DNA of 64,000 bases from an uncultured Ruficoccus sp. GTDB taxonomy: Bacteria; Verrucomicrobiota; Verrucomicrobiia; Opitutales; Cerasicoccaceae. The stretch spans positions 76,718 through 140,717 of the forward strand of contig OZ223521.1 of NCBI GenBank assembly GCA_965140785.1. The letters run 5' to 3'. A model generated the notes under the pieces. That model worked only from the letters and a program-made list of their open reading frames with translations, ran no database searches and was not told the origin of the DNA. Below, piece after piece: positions 1-10,117 of the stretch. Within the stretch, counting starts at the first letter, position 1, and the number at the start of each line of letters is the position of its first letter. A program made the translations under genes and the position numbers.

Positions 1-2652
1 CAGCGCGAGCCCAGCCGCCGCCCTGTTCGCATCGCGCAAGACTTCGTCGTCAGCGTTCGCATTCTTCTCCAGGCGGGGATTGGGCAGGGGGGTGGGGATG
101 GGGCTGCCGTTCGTATCGGTCGTCGTTCCGGTGCCTTGATGTGGGATGGTGGAAACGAAGTAATGATCCCACAGCGCCCGATTGAGCAGCCAGGAGACAT
201 CGTAGTAGTAGCCGATCTGATTCGATGGGTCCGAGCCCAGGGCCAGTTGCTTCGCCAAGTCACCCCGTCGGTTGAGGAAATGGAAGTCGCCCAGACTATT
301 CCCAATCGGATAGGCCGGATAATCGTTGAGCCTTGATAAGTTCGCATGCTGAAGCTGGCCCAGGCTCAGTAGCGGCTGGTCGGAGGGGCGAAATTCAAAC
401 AGCGTGGCATTCACGATGCCACCGGACGAATCCAGGCCCGTTCCGCTGGAGGCTCGGAGCCCACTGGTTTCCGCATTGAAATCAGGATCCCGATGGTCCA
501 TCCCGCCGCGGGCAGTGAGGTTAGAGGGGCTGTGGTTGGTGTTGATACGTGTGGCGTAAAGGGCCCGGGGATTGCCTTGCGCAAGCCAGCGCACATCCGG
601 GTAGTCATCCGAGTTCATGCCCTTGGAGAAATTCCTCTGGATCATGATCGCCGACGTGGGTCCGGTCACGAAACTTAACTGCGCGGGCATTTGGAGAAAC
701 TCGTTGCGAAGCTTGCCACCCACAGAGACCAGATTCGTGCCGCCGTCCTGGGCAGGCGTGGCCTGTGAAACTGCCTGATACCAGTGCTTGTCGTTATCGT
801 CGCTGGTTATGTACCCGCGGCGAACATAATCGGCGACCTCGCCCAGATAAGCGTAAAGCTCGCCGCCCGACATGTTCGGCTCGGTCAATGGCGGCAGCCA
901 ATAAGCAGGACTGACCCGGAAGAAGTTGTCGGACTCCCCGGCGCCGATCACCGTCTGGTTCACACCGAAGTCCAGCAGGACATGCCCATACGCGTTCAGG
1001 CCGTGGGTCAAAACATTCTGCGGCTCGCCGTCCTCGGGCGCACGATAGCTGACCCCGCTTTCGGCCCCCTGCAAGCTGAAGATCAGACTCGCTCCCGGCG
1101 GAATGATCGGGGAGTCCACGATGAAGCGCACATAACTGTCACTTTTTCCATCTCCGTACTGATGAGCCCCCCGGGAGAAATCGACCGTCTCCTTGGCGGA
1201 CCACTGGCCGGTGTCATCCTGGACCTGCAACTGAAAACCGCCGCGATAGCGCTGCATGATCCCCACCTCATAGCGGTTCGCGGTAAGGGGAACCGTGTAG
1301 GGATTCCAGAGGATGACCACCGGAAACATGGCCAGCCGGATCGGGGCGCCGTCATAGGCCCCATGCGGGGCCGCATACTGCAGGCCAAGATAAAGGCAAG
1401 TCATGACCGGAGCGATGCCGGTATCCGTCGAGGTAGGCAGACGGGGACTCAGGCTGCCCGCCGGCGCGGTCGTCCGCGCGAATGCCCGCAGCGCCCCCCA
1501 GGTCGGAACGCCGAAACGGTCACGGTCCGTGGTGCCCTCAGGTTCGAATAACGTCTCCGTGTCAAGCGGGTGGGTCGAGCCGGTGGCCAGGATCGCGGAA
1601 AGATCTTGTTTGAGCCCGCCGGCATAGGTATCCGAAAGCACAGAATAGGAACTGGCGGTCAAGTCATGGAAACGCCATTTGAGTGTCTCCCGCATGGCCG
1701 CGCCATCATCCGCCAGTATCGACATGGCGCTCAAATGGGACACCTCATCGAGAGCGCCGATTTGAGGATCATAATTCGCCCCGATCAACCCGCCTGGAGA
1801 AAAGGCGTTTGTCGCTCCCCGGTTGACCAGTTCCACCGCATTACGGCGGGCCAGGACGAAAGCCTCGGGAAGCTCTCCGGTCGGAGCCATCGGGAGGGTG
1901 ACGTTCGCCTTGGCCCCTTCGTCACCGATCCACCAGGCGTAGCGTCCCACGAAGCCATCCTGCCCGTCGCCCGGGATCGCCACCAGCGGCGCCGCCACGT
2001 AGTCGATGGCTGATGCGGCGGAATGCTCCGCCACCAGCAGCACCTGGCTATCGTCCGCGGCTGGTTGGACGGACGCCTGTGCGAGATCAACCGGGCTGGT
2101 CGGAGTGAAACGCCAACCGTGGGGCGCGTTGCGGATGTGCCCGTCGTTGTCCACATCGTCGGCTGGAGTGAAGGAGACGTCCTCATTTCCGCTGACCAGC
2201 CAGGTGAGGAGGACCGCCTGCGAGCCCCTGGCATCCGAATGGGCGGTCACGTCTCCGGCCAGGGAAACTGGGGTCTGGCCGTAGTCGACCGGGGCGCCAT
2301 TGCCGTACACCCCGATCCAGTGTCCGTTCGCGCTGGTGCTATCCACCAGGGCCGGGTCCATGTCCGCCCGCGCTGTGGTTCGCTGATCGGGGCCGGCGTA
2401 TTTTTGTAATTGCCCGAGGGCGATATTCAAGGCCATGAGCGCGTTCTGGCGGGCCGTCACGGTTTGCGTGCTGGTTGAGAACACCCGGGTCTCAATCTGG
2501 GTCATGCTGGACAGCGTCAGCAACAGGGTCAGAAGAAAAGCCATCAGGACGATGGCTATGACCAGTGCGAAGCCCCCCCGGCTGCGTATGCGGAGGGAAT
2601 CTGCATGCACCGCCGGAGCAGCGGATGGGCGGGAGTCATTGAGGGGTATCAT
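1..2652 (-). CDS. Giant PilX/GspK-class pilin-like protein (Verru_Chthon cassette protein A-like); 3' end runs off the window
   Basis: Not in the ORF track (no stop in window). Segments translated by hand from ATG 2652: MIPLNDSRP...RSRGG|FALVIAIVLMAFLLTLLLTLSS (class III signal, no Glu5), ALGQLQKYAGPDQR, YAWWIGDEGAKA, GGLKQDLS, LWNPY, SLGQLQHAN, DVSWLLNRALWD. All are colinear with the paralog at 48533-52357. Confidence 0.85.
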   Translation of the reverse strand, partial: MIPLNDSRPSAAPAVHADSLRIRSRGGFALVIAIVLMAFLLTLLLTLSSMTQIETRVFSTSTQTVTARQNALMALNIALGQLQKYAGPDQRTTARADMDPALVDSTSANGHWIGVYGNGAPVDYGQTPVSLAGDVTAHSDARGSQAVLLTWLVSGNEDVSFTPADDVDNDGHIRNAPHGWRFTPTSPVDLAQASVQPAADDSQVLLVAEHSAASAIDYVAAPLVAIPGDGQDGFVGRYAWWIGDEGAKANVTLPMAPTGELPEAFVLARRNAVELVNRGATNAFSPGGLIGANYDPQIGALDEVSHLSAMSILADDGAAMRETLKWRFHDLTASSYSVLSDTYAGGLKQDLSAILATGSTHPLDTETLFEPEGTTDRDRFGVPTWGALRAFARTTAPAGSLSPRLPTSTDTGIAPVMTCLYLGLQYAAPHGAYDGAPIRLAMFPVVILWNPYTVPLTANRYEVGIMQRYRGGFQLQVQDDTGQWSAKETVDFSRGAHQYGDGKSDSYVRFIVDSPIIPPGASLIFSLQGAESGVSYRAPEDGEPQNVLTHGLNAYGHVLLDFGVNQTVIGAGESDNFFRVSPAYWLPPLTEPNMSGGELYAYLGEVADYVRRGYITSDDNDKHWYQAVSQATPAQDGGTNLVSVGGKLRNEFLQMPAQLSFVTGPTSAIMIQRNFSKGMNSDDYPDVRWLAQGNPRALYATRINTNHSPSNLTARGGMDHRDPDFNAETSGLRASSGTGLDSSGGIVNATLFEFRPSDQPLLSLGQLQHANLSRLNDYPAYPIGNSLGDFHFLNRRGDLAKQLALGSDPSNQIGYYYDVSWLLNRALWDHYFVSTIPHQGTGTTTDTNGSPIPTPLPNPRLEKNANADDEVLRDANRAAAGLAL

Positions 2653-2834
2653 AATAAAGCGGATGGGGTATTATCTCGGCGGGGGGCTATCGCCAGGTCG
2701 GTGAGAAATGCCGACATCCGGGGCTGTCGCCATTCTCTTCGCTGATTGGCAGGGGGACACCCTCCAGCCGAGCGGCATGGAAGGCTACTGTCAGCCGAAA
2801 ATGTACAGGTGTCTTCATCTTGTCATTGAGTGGG

Positions 2835-3818
2835 TTACCAGCCTTTTTGGCAGGCCATGACCAGCTCACGCATAGAGCCGGTCGCCAAGCATATTTTATC
2901 ATCGGTGGCGCCATAGTAGAGGCTTAATCGGTCTTCGTCCCAGTCACCGATCGCTCCGCAGGGGAAGACCACATTATCGCAGTTGCCATTGCGTTCATAG
3001 GGTTCCTTCGGGGCCAAGATCCAACTGTTCGTTTTTCCGATGATCTTCCATGGCTCCTCCAGGTCCAGCAGCAAGGCGCCGATGTAATAATAGGTGCCCC
3101 CGGCAGGCGTGAAGACGCCGTGTATGATTTCGAGCCAGCCTTCGGGGGTCCAGATCGGCGGCGTCGGGCCGACTTTCTGGGTATTCCAATAGCGGTATCC
3201 GGCAGCCAGCAACGGCTGAAAGTTCCCCCAGTGGATCAGGTCCGGCGACGAGCTGATCCAGATATCGCCCGTGCTGCCATCCCCGCCGCCAGGGCGGTCG
3301 AGTTTCCAGTACTTCCCGTTGATCTTCGCCGGGAACAGGGAAGCCCCCCGGTTCATCGGCTGCGTGATGATGGCGATGCGCTCGTAATCAGTGAAATCGC
3401 TCGTCCGCCCAAGCATGCCGACCGGTGAGGCGAACCCGCGCACCATCACCGGCGTCACCACATAGTACACGTCATCGATGCGTGTCACCCGGTTGTCGAT
3501 GAAATGATGATACAAGTCCCAGGGCCATCCCGTCGCCTGCGGATCGATGAAGTTCTCGGTCCCAAGCTCGAAATGGATGCCATCGTGGCTGCGGGCAATG
3601 CGGGTCTGCCCCACGTCACGCCCATACCCCCGGGTGGCGGCGTGCTCGACCACGGAAACGAGCAGGATCGTTTCATCGCCGAACCGGACTGGCGAGGGGT
3701 TGTAGAGTTGAGCCACGCCGGGGTAGTCTTCCAGGCGCAGCACAGGATTGTCGCTGTGGCGTTTGAGGATGCCCGTCGCATCGCGTTTCGTCGAATAGGA
3801 TGAATGTTGATTAATCAT
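2835..3818 (-). CDS. Glycoside hydrolase family 130 (beta-mannoside phosphorylase/hydrolase-like), cytoplasmic
   Basis: NP-VL, YNPS, DNRVT.IDD.YY, LFPAKINGKY, KVGP, HGV and NVVFPCG motifs of the GH130 propeller; no signal peptide. Confidence 0.85.
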   Translation of the reverse strand: MINQHSSYSTKRDATGILKRHSDNPVLRLEDYPGVAQLYNPSPVRFGDETILLVSVVEHAATRGYGRDVGQTRIARSHDGIHFELGTENFIDPQATGWPWDLYHHFIDNRVTRIDDVYYVVTPVMVRGFASPVGMLGRTSDFTDYERIAIITQPMNRGASLFPAKINGKYWKLDRPGGGDGSTGDIWISSSPDLIHWGNFQPLLAAGYRYWNTQKVGPTPPIWTPEGWLEIIHGVFTPAGGTYYYIGALLLDLEEPWKIIGKTNSWILAPKEPYERNGNCDNVVFPCGAIGDWDEDRLSLYYGATDDKICLATGSMRELVMACQKGW

Positions 3819-3855
3819 AGCGAGTGTCGGAGGGAAAGAAGGTAGCGTCGAAGGA

Positions 3856-5814
3856 TCAGGGAGTCTGTACCGGATATCCCCAGTCCCCCAGTGGAATGAC
3901 CGGCCATGAGGTCACTTCGCCTTGCGGCCACACCGGGGAGAATAGGACGGCGATGCGAACCGGGCCCGCCGGTTGATCCGGCAGGCGGAGCATGACGCGC
4001 CGCCAGCCATTGTTGGGCAACTGGGGCGGCAGTTGCTCGGCAGACTCCACGCTGAAAGTGGCCCCGCTCGGAGACAGTACGTGCAGATTCAGTTGCTTGC
4101 CATTCTTGGTCAGGGTAGCCGCTGCTCCGTTCGGGGTGACCGCGGCGCTGGTTGTGAATCCCCAGGCGATATCCGCCGTGCCCGCCAGCTCGATTTCGTC
4201 CTGAACGAGCGCGGCCTGCCGGCTCGCGACCAGCGCGGCTCCCCGGCGAAGAGACGTCACCGGCTGCCCATAGGCGTTCGACAAGTCGATTTCGACGAAG
4301 GGCATCGTGTTTTGCCCGGAATCTGCGCCCGATTGGAAACGTGTGACGGAAGCCCTCCCCGTGGTCTCCTGGTTTTGCGCGTTGAAGGTGGGGACGTTGT
4401 GGCTGAACGAATTGGTCCGATAGTATTCCCAGCGCTGGCCGGAACGGCTGTCGAAGTACCCCGGCAGGTTGTAGCGATCGGACCCCAGATCGCTGACCCA
4501 CCGGACTCCAAGCGCGTCGAGTTCGAAGTTGCCCAGGTCGAGGTGGCCGTGATTCACTTCGTTGTAGCCGGCCTTGATTCCGACAAAGAGGGCCGCAGGG
4601 TCCTCCCAGGCGCTTCTCATGAACACCAACTCAACAGGCCCGCGGTAATATTTGTCGAGCGCAGGCGTCTCCGACCCTGGCTGATTTGACGAGGCATACC
4701 AGATGACATCCTCCGGGGCGACCCATTGGCTCGTCTCAATCAAGTGATGCTGAAAGTTGACGGCAAATGCACTGTTATAAGTCCGGCCCAGCCAGAATAA
4801 GGCCGCCGCGGGCTCCAGTACTTTCCCCGCCCAGCAGTCCGCATAAGCCATCGGAAGGTTCGTCGGCCCGGTACTGTAAACGGGGAACATGGCGGTTTCG
4901 GCGAGGCCCTCGGTGTCCTCCAGTCCTTCATCGGTGCCCTTGGCGCTCTCCAGGGCGGCCAAGGCATAGCAGACGTAACTGGTGGCATACTTCCAGTACC
5001 CCGGTCCCTCTCCCCATGCGCCATCCGGTCCGTATTGGCTGAGCGCCCGGGGCATAGACGCGATAGCGCGCGGCACGATCACTGCCTCATACTGAGGCGC
5101 ATCGTCGCTGACCGCGAGCGCTCCGAGGATCATCCCGGTGTTGCATACCAGGTTCCAATTATGATTCGCCCCGACCCACCAGCCGTAGGTCGAATTTCCC
5201 GAATAGGCCTCAACTCCGGGCTCCAAGCCCTTCGTGATAAGCGCCTCGCGTATCACCTCGGCCTCATCCAGATCCAAATCAAAGTAGGTCCAGTCATAGC
5301 CGATCGCGACCGCGTGCGTCATCTCCGCCGTGTCGAGAAAGTGGGAAGGGTTCCAATCGGGGAAGTTGCAGACGGCAAGGAGATTGTCGCGCAGGGCCTC
5401 GTAATAATCGCGCCGTCCGCTCCAGCGATAGGCTAGGCCGAGCGTATAGACCCGTTTCAGGCATTCTCGGCTGACCTCCAGTATACTGTCGCGGTCCCCG
5501 CTGTCATAGTAGAGCGCGGGGGCTGACAGCAGCGCGTCGGCCTGGCGCAGGCAGTCTTCCACGTACTGTTCCAGGAGGGGATCGGACTGGGCCTGCGCCC
5601 AGAGTTCGTCGAGACGCTCATCCGTCAGGATGAGCCACGGGTGAAAAGCCGCCGCTGCGGACTGGCTCGCTTCTGTCCCGGCGGTTGGCACCGGTGCCGT
5701 GTCCGTGGCGGACGTGCCGTCGGGGGCAGCCTGAAGCGCCGGAATGGATAGGGGTGTCAGCAGGATCAGCCCGAGGGAAAGAAGGCTGAGTGGTTGGATA
5801 GGAGTAGTTTTCAT
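3856..5814 (-). CDS. Secreted heparinase II/III-like polysaccharide lyase (alpha-toroid + Hepar_II_III domain)
   Basis: Start re-set to ATG 5814 (MKTTPIQPLSLLSLGLILL..ALQA signal peptide). Motifs HFLDTAE, NHNWN, EGPGYW.Y, HGHLD, SHN. Confidence 0.85.
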   Translation of the reverse strand: MKTTPIQPLSLLSLGLILLTPLSIPALQAAPDGTSATDTAPVPTAGTEASQSAAAAFHPWLILTDERLDELWAQAQSDPLLEQYVEDCLRQADALLSAPALYYDSGDRDSILEVSRECLKRVYTLGLAYRWSGRRDYYEALRDNLLAVCNFPDWNPSHFLDTAEMTHAVAIGYDWTYFDLDLDEAEVIREALITKGLEPGVEAYSGNSTYGWWVGANHNWNLVCNTGMILGALAVSDDAPQYEAVIVPRAIASMPRALSQYGPDGAWGEGPGYWKYATSYVCYALAALESAKGTDEGLEDTEGLAETAMFPVYSTGPTNLPMAYADCWAGKVLEPAAALFWLGRTYNSAFAVNFQHHLIETSQWVAPEDVIWYASSNQPGSETPALDKYYRGPVELVFMRSAWEDPAALFVGIKAGYNEVNHGHLDLGNFELDALGVRWVSDLGSDRYNLPGYFDSRSGQRWEYYRTNSFSHNVPTFNAQNQETTGRASVTRFQSGADSGQNTMPFVEIDLSNAYGQPVTSLRRGAALVASRQAALVQDEIELAGTADIAWGFTTSAAVTPNGAAATLTKNGKQLNLHVLSPSGATFSVESAEQLPPQLPNNGWRRVMLRLPDQPAGPVRIAVLFSPVWPQGEVTSWPVIPLGDWGYPVQTP

Positions 5815-5825
5815 GTGAGGTAAAT

Positions 5826-6611
5826 TCAGCGTTTGCCCACGGCGATATGGTGGGCAGTGAGATAGTCGTAGCTGTCTTGGATCGCCCCCCAGATGTTGCC
5901 GTCGTAGTCGTCCAGTTCCACCCCGACATATTCGGCCGCCACGGCCGCTTCGGCGGCGGCAAGCAGATCCACCTCTCCGGCTCCCGCCGCCTGGTAGGGG
6001 ATCATCACGGAGGGTGCGTCGACCAGGCCGTCCTTGAAGTGGAGCACCCGCCCGCGCGATCCGATGTCCCGCACGAACTCGACGGGGTCCAGTCCCGCTT
6101 TGGCGACCCAGAACAGGTCTGCTTCCCACAGGACGTTCTCAGGCGTCAATTCCAGGAAATATTGATAAGACGGTCGCCCATCAATCATGCCCAGATCTTT
6201 CGCATGGTTGTGGTAACCGACCATCAGGCCGTGGGCGTGCGCGTTAGCCGCCGCCTGACAGTAAAGCTCTGCCGCCGCCTTGAGGCCGTCCATCTGGCTG
6301 AAGTTGGGGATGCCGTAGGGGGGCACCGCTGTGATCAGATATTTATGGCCCAGTTCAAGCGCAGTTTCAATCACTTCGTTCGTGCGTTCTCCGACGGGGA
6401 GCGGGCAGTGGGCAGTGGGCGCGAGCAGTCCGTAGCGGTTCAATATTTCCGCTGTCCGCGTCGGGGTCGATCCCGGAAACCCAGCCGGCTCCACACAGGG
6501 AAACCCGATCTGAGACAGTGTCCGGATCGTCCCTTCGAAGTCCATGCGCAGCTGTGTGCGTAGCGTGTACAGCTGGATCGTTAATACCGGTATTTGGCGC
6601 TCAGTCAGCAT
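5826..6611 (-). CDS. Sugar phosphate isomerase/epimerase (xylose-isomerase-like TIM barrel)
   Basis: IQLYTLR, YHNH, EADLFW, HFKD and VELD metal-ligand motifs. Confidence 0.85.
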   Translation of the reverse strand: MLTERQIPVLTIQLYTLRTQLRMDFEGTIRTLSQIGFPCVEPAGFPGSTPTRTAEILNRYGLLAPTAHCPLPVGERTNEVIETALELGHKYLITAVPPYGIPNFSQMDGLKAAAELYCQAAANAHAHGLMVGYHNHAKDLGMIDGRPSYQYFLELTPENVLWEADLFWVAKAGLDPVEFVRDIGSRGRVLHFKDGLVDAPSVMIPYQAAGAGEVDLLAAAEAAVAAEYVGVELDDYDGNIWGAIQDSYDYLTAHHIAVGKR

Positions 6612-6649
6612 ATATCAAAATGACATCTGGCATTAAAGTTATCGGGGGC

Positions 6650-8510
6650 CTATACGTCTCGATGAGGCTTATCCGAGTAGTTAAGGCATAACGGGGGAAG
6701 GGTGGGGGAGCCGACAGCCGATGTCTCCGGTTGCGCGCCAGCGGTATCAGGAGAACTGGATTCCAGAATCGCCCTAACGCGTGTCCGCGCCCGACGCCCG
6801 CCAAGGTGTAATAGCACGCCCACGCACCCGATGAATGTTGCGACCCCCAGCACACAAAGCCGGCCGGTCACGTCGTTGGGCACAAGCAGTATCAGCAGAA
6901 CGAATGCCCCCACGCAGAGAACGGCCTTGGAGAGCACGAAATACTGCTCGTAGTCGATCGTTGAGGAACCCACCTCTTTCTCGTAATCCACAGGCGTACT
7001 CATCATCTTGAAAAAACGGGCCACCTCCTCGCGCTCGGCCGACGAGCTGAAAACATGCAGGAGTCGGCAAACGGCCGTTGTTGCCAGGCCAAAGACCATG
7101 ATCCAGAGGGTGCGCTTCTGTATCGTCCAGTCCGTGCCGTTCACCCGCGTATCGATGAACGACCAGATCGAGGGAATCATGCAGGCTGCGAAAATCGGGA
7201 AGTAGGACCACTTCGGCAGCTTTTTCAGCCACAGTCCCATGAGCATCGGAAACCCCATGGGTACACCGATGACCGACCCGATGATGAGGTAGGTATCAAA
7301 CAGGGCGACCGTGCCCTGCCGCGCAATCAAGACAGCATACGTGATGATGACACCGCCCAGGATAACCGTGGCCACATGACAGATGCGGATTTCGGTCCTG
7401 GGGGAAAGGTCATCGTGGTAACCCAAGGCCCCCCGCATGCGCGGGATGATGTTCCGCACAATGTTTCCGACGACACCGTTCAGCCCGGAATCCATACTGC
7501 TCATAGTGGCGGCGAACATCGCAGCGATCAGCATGCCCAGCATTCCGTTGGGCAAAAGCCGCATCGCGATATAGGCGTACGCGCTCTCGGCGGGCTTGTT
7601 TATGGCGCTGGACATGATCTCACCTTCAAAAAGGAAGCGAGCCACCATGGGTGGAACGAACCAGACGGCGCTGCCCAGCGCCATCAGTAAAAAGGCCCAC
7701 CACGACGCCCGCGAGGCTTCCCGCCCATCGCGCGTGGAAATATAGCGCCCGGTTGAACTCAGGCTGACCTGCCCGTACAACTGCATAAAAAACACAATCG
7801 CCGCCCACTGGTACGTGAACCGATCCCCCTGGAAATCTGCCTGCGTCGTTAAAAAAACGAAAATCCTGGGCAAAGTGCGGATCACTGAAATAATTGAAAA
7901 ATGGTCCCAGCCCGCCGATGGCCCGTAACGACAGCACAAAGACCAGTAGCGTGATGGAAAACATGACCAGCGCCTGGACAAAATCCGCGGCCATGACCGC
8001 CCACTTACCTCCCGTCGTCGAATAGAAAATAACGATCACGCCGATCGTCACCAACACCGGCAACAACGGCAAGCCCAGCACCGTGCTGGCAAAGAGCGAA
8101 AGCGCGTAGAGCTGGATCGCGGCGCCGACCGGCCCGAGGAAAACCTCGGTGAAAGCGGCGAATTGCTCGACGGGTACCCCGTAACGCACCCGGACTACGT
8201 CCGCGGTTGTATAGGCCCGGGTCTGCCTCAGCCACCGCCCCAGAAAGAGCCCGCCAACCACGTACCCCAGGCAATTGGCGATGTAGATTACCAAGAGGCT
8301 AGGGCCAGCCTCAAAGGCGGCGGAAGCGTTCCCAGTGAAGGTGAAGGCACTGATACCGCTCATCAGCATACTGGTTCCGACCATCCACCAAGTTCCTTGC
8401 GCCCCGCCCCGAACAAAATCACTCAGGTTTTTGTTGAACCGTGAAAATACCACCCCGAGCATCAACAGGATGCCCAGATAGATCGCCAGCGTTATATACT
8501 CAATTTTCAT
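6650..8510 (-). pseudogene. Sodium:solute symporter family protein split by a single-base frameshift
   Basis: ORF 7626-8510 carries the SSS N-half (SAFTFTG, TTGGKWAV..D.VQ) and ORF 6650-7981 the C-half (GMLGMLIAAMFAATMSSMDSGLN). Deleting one base in the G5 run (7825-7829) or T7 run (7851-7857) fuses them. A sequencing error is not excluded. Confidence 0.8.
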
Positions 8511-8727
8511 CGATACGATCAGATTGAGGAGGGACGGATAGCACGCCCGTTGATTGCATCGGGGAAAAACCGATAAGGACAGCCCGAGTGGCTGTTTGCG
8601 CCCGAGCCGCTAGAGACTCATCCGCCTGGAATGAGCGATTGCGGATGGTTGATTTGGGGTTGGTTGTATTCATCGGAGCACGGGCGCACTCTTTTTTATC
8701 TTGTCACTTTCATCAACACCCCCATGG

Positions 8728-8742
8728 CTAACACATGAGAGT
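8728..8742 (+). promoter_or_regulatory. Putative LacI operator abutting the LacI start codon
   Basis: CTAACACATGAGAGT directly 5' of ATG 8743; 14/15 identical to the reverse complement of 9895-9909. Confidence 0.6.
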
Positions 8743-9762
8743 ATGGACGGAAAAAGAGTCACTCAATCCGATGTAGCCAAGATAGCGGGCGTCCATCGTA
8801 CGACTGTTTCTCTTGCCTTCAAGCGCCACCCCAGCATTCCCGCCGAAACGCGGGAGCGCGTTCTGCGTATCGCGGAGGAACTGGGTTACAGCCCGGATCC
8901 GATGCTGACGGCGCTAGCTTCGTATCGCAACCGTCTGCAGGTCCGCCCCTACCAGGGCACTCTTGCCTGGCTGTTGATCGACAGCCATACACTTCCCAAA
9001 GATTGGCGCCAACTGGTTAACTACATCTATTATCAAGGTGCCGTCAAACAGGCGAAAAAGTATGGCTATAATGTGGAGGTATTCGAATATTGCACCGAAA
9101 AGATGACGGCCAAACGCATGGCAGCGATCTTACGAGCTCGTAACGTCAATGGCATTCTCTTATCGCCCCAACCGCAGCCATATACCGTTCGGGATTTTAT
9201 CTGGGATGACTTCTCTTTTATCTCTTTTGGCTACACGCTACACTCCCCCAAACTGCATATCGTAACGGCTGCCCAATACCGTTCGACGGTTCGGCTCATG
9301 GACCGCATGTACCAACTGGGCTACCGGCGCATCGCCTTCGCGTTCGACCCTACGCACGACGCGCGTGTTGATCATAATTTTATAGCCGGTTATCTGGCTT
9401 TTCAACACACCGCCGGCGCACCAAAACTGATTTACCCCTATCGCTGGAAGTTATCAGAACTGGACGGCTTTCGGGAATTTTTGAAAACCAAGCGACCAGA
9501 TGCCATCATCACCGGGGATGAGAATTTCGCCAAGTATATCCGCATGCTGGGCTTGCGTGTTCCAGAAGATATTGGAGTCGCCAGTCCCGTGGTCGATGCT
9601 CCTGATACTCACATGACGGGCTTTAACGAAAACTCCCTGCAAATTGGAGCCGTCGCCGTTGACCGCTTGACCGATATGATTATGCGCGGGGAAAAGGGCA
9701 TTCCGCCTGAAACCCAATGCACGCTCGTTGACGGTGTATGGGTTGAAGGCGATACGCTCTAA
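8743..9762 (+). CDS. LacI-family transcriptional regulator
   Basis: N-terminal HTH VTQSDVAKIAGVHRTTVSLA...AEELGY.P and a sugar-binding domain (RVPEDIGV). Start placed at ATG 8743. Confidence 0.92.
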   Translation: MDGKRVTQSDVAKIAGVHRTTVSLAFKRHPSIPAETRERVLRIAEELGYSPDPMLTALASYRNRLQVRPYQGTLAWLLIDSHTLPKDWRQLVNYIYYQGAVKQAKKYGYNVEVFEYCTEKMTAKRMAAILRARNVNGILLSPQPQPYTVRDFIWDDFSFISFGYTLHSPKLHIVTAAQYRSTVRLMDRMYQLGYRRIAFAFDPTHDARVDHNFIAGYLAFQHTAGAPKLIYPYRWKLSELDGFREFLKTKRPDAIITGDENFAKYIRMLGLRVPEDIGVASPVVDAPDTHMTGFNENSLQIGAVAVDRLTDMIMRGEKGIPPETQCTLVDGVWVEGDTL

Positions 9763-9894
9763 CCTCTGGATTCCTGCTTCGAGATAAAAGAGCCCTTTCG
9801 GGTTTCTTCGCCTTCTTTGGTGATCATCGTTTTTTTCGCCATGATGAAGGCTTCCTGCTCGTTTGGGACAGTCGTGCCAAGCGGCACTCGCATC

Positions 9895-9910
9895 ACTCTC
9901 ATGTGTGAGT
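9895..9910. promoter_or_regulatory. Putative LacI operator upstream of the PEP-CTERM gene
   Basis: Near-palindrome ACTCTCATGTGTGAGT; inverted copy of the site at 8728-8742. Confidence 0.6.
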
Positions 9911-10117
9911 CCGGAGGCGCTTTCTTTTTTTTAGAGATTGTTTTTATATACATCCGTCAACGTTTCATGCCCCCGATTCTATCCTCCGATGGCCCTTAAT
10001 CTCATAGCGAATGTAGTCCCGCAATCTCGAGATATGAAGAGTCGAGATACAGCAATCCGGGAACCTGTATGAGCACGTCCGTTTACTCCATATTAGTCAC
10101 CCTAAATCAAAAAATCC

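Noticed and set aside
136..2704. Many plus-strand and short minus-strand ORFs in the track
   Set aside because: They are shadows of the long minus-strand pilin-like gene, which the track missed because it has no stop in the window.
5815..6129. N-terminal extensions of track ORFs (also 31692-31787, 41803-41904, 61255-61581)
   Set aside because: They overlap other genes or promoter DNA, and downstream ATGs give proper signal peptides or HTH starts.
6583..6594. Perfect palindrome AATACCGGTATT resembling the 61.4-kb sites
   Set aside because: A single copy inside a coding region 55 kb away; chance cannot be excluded.
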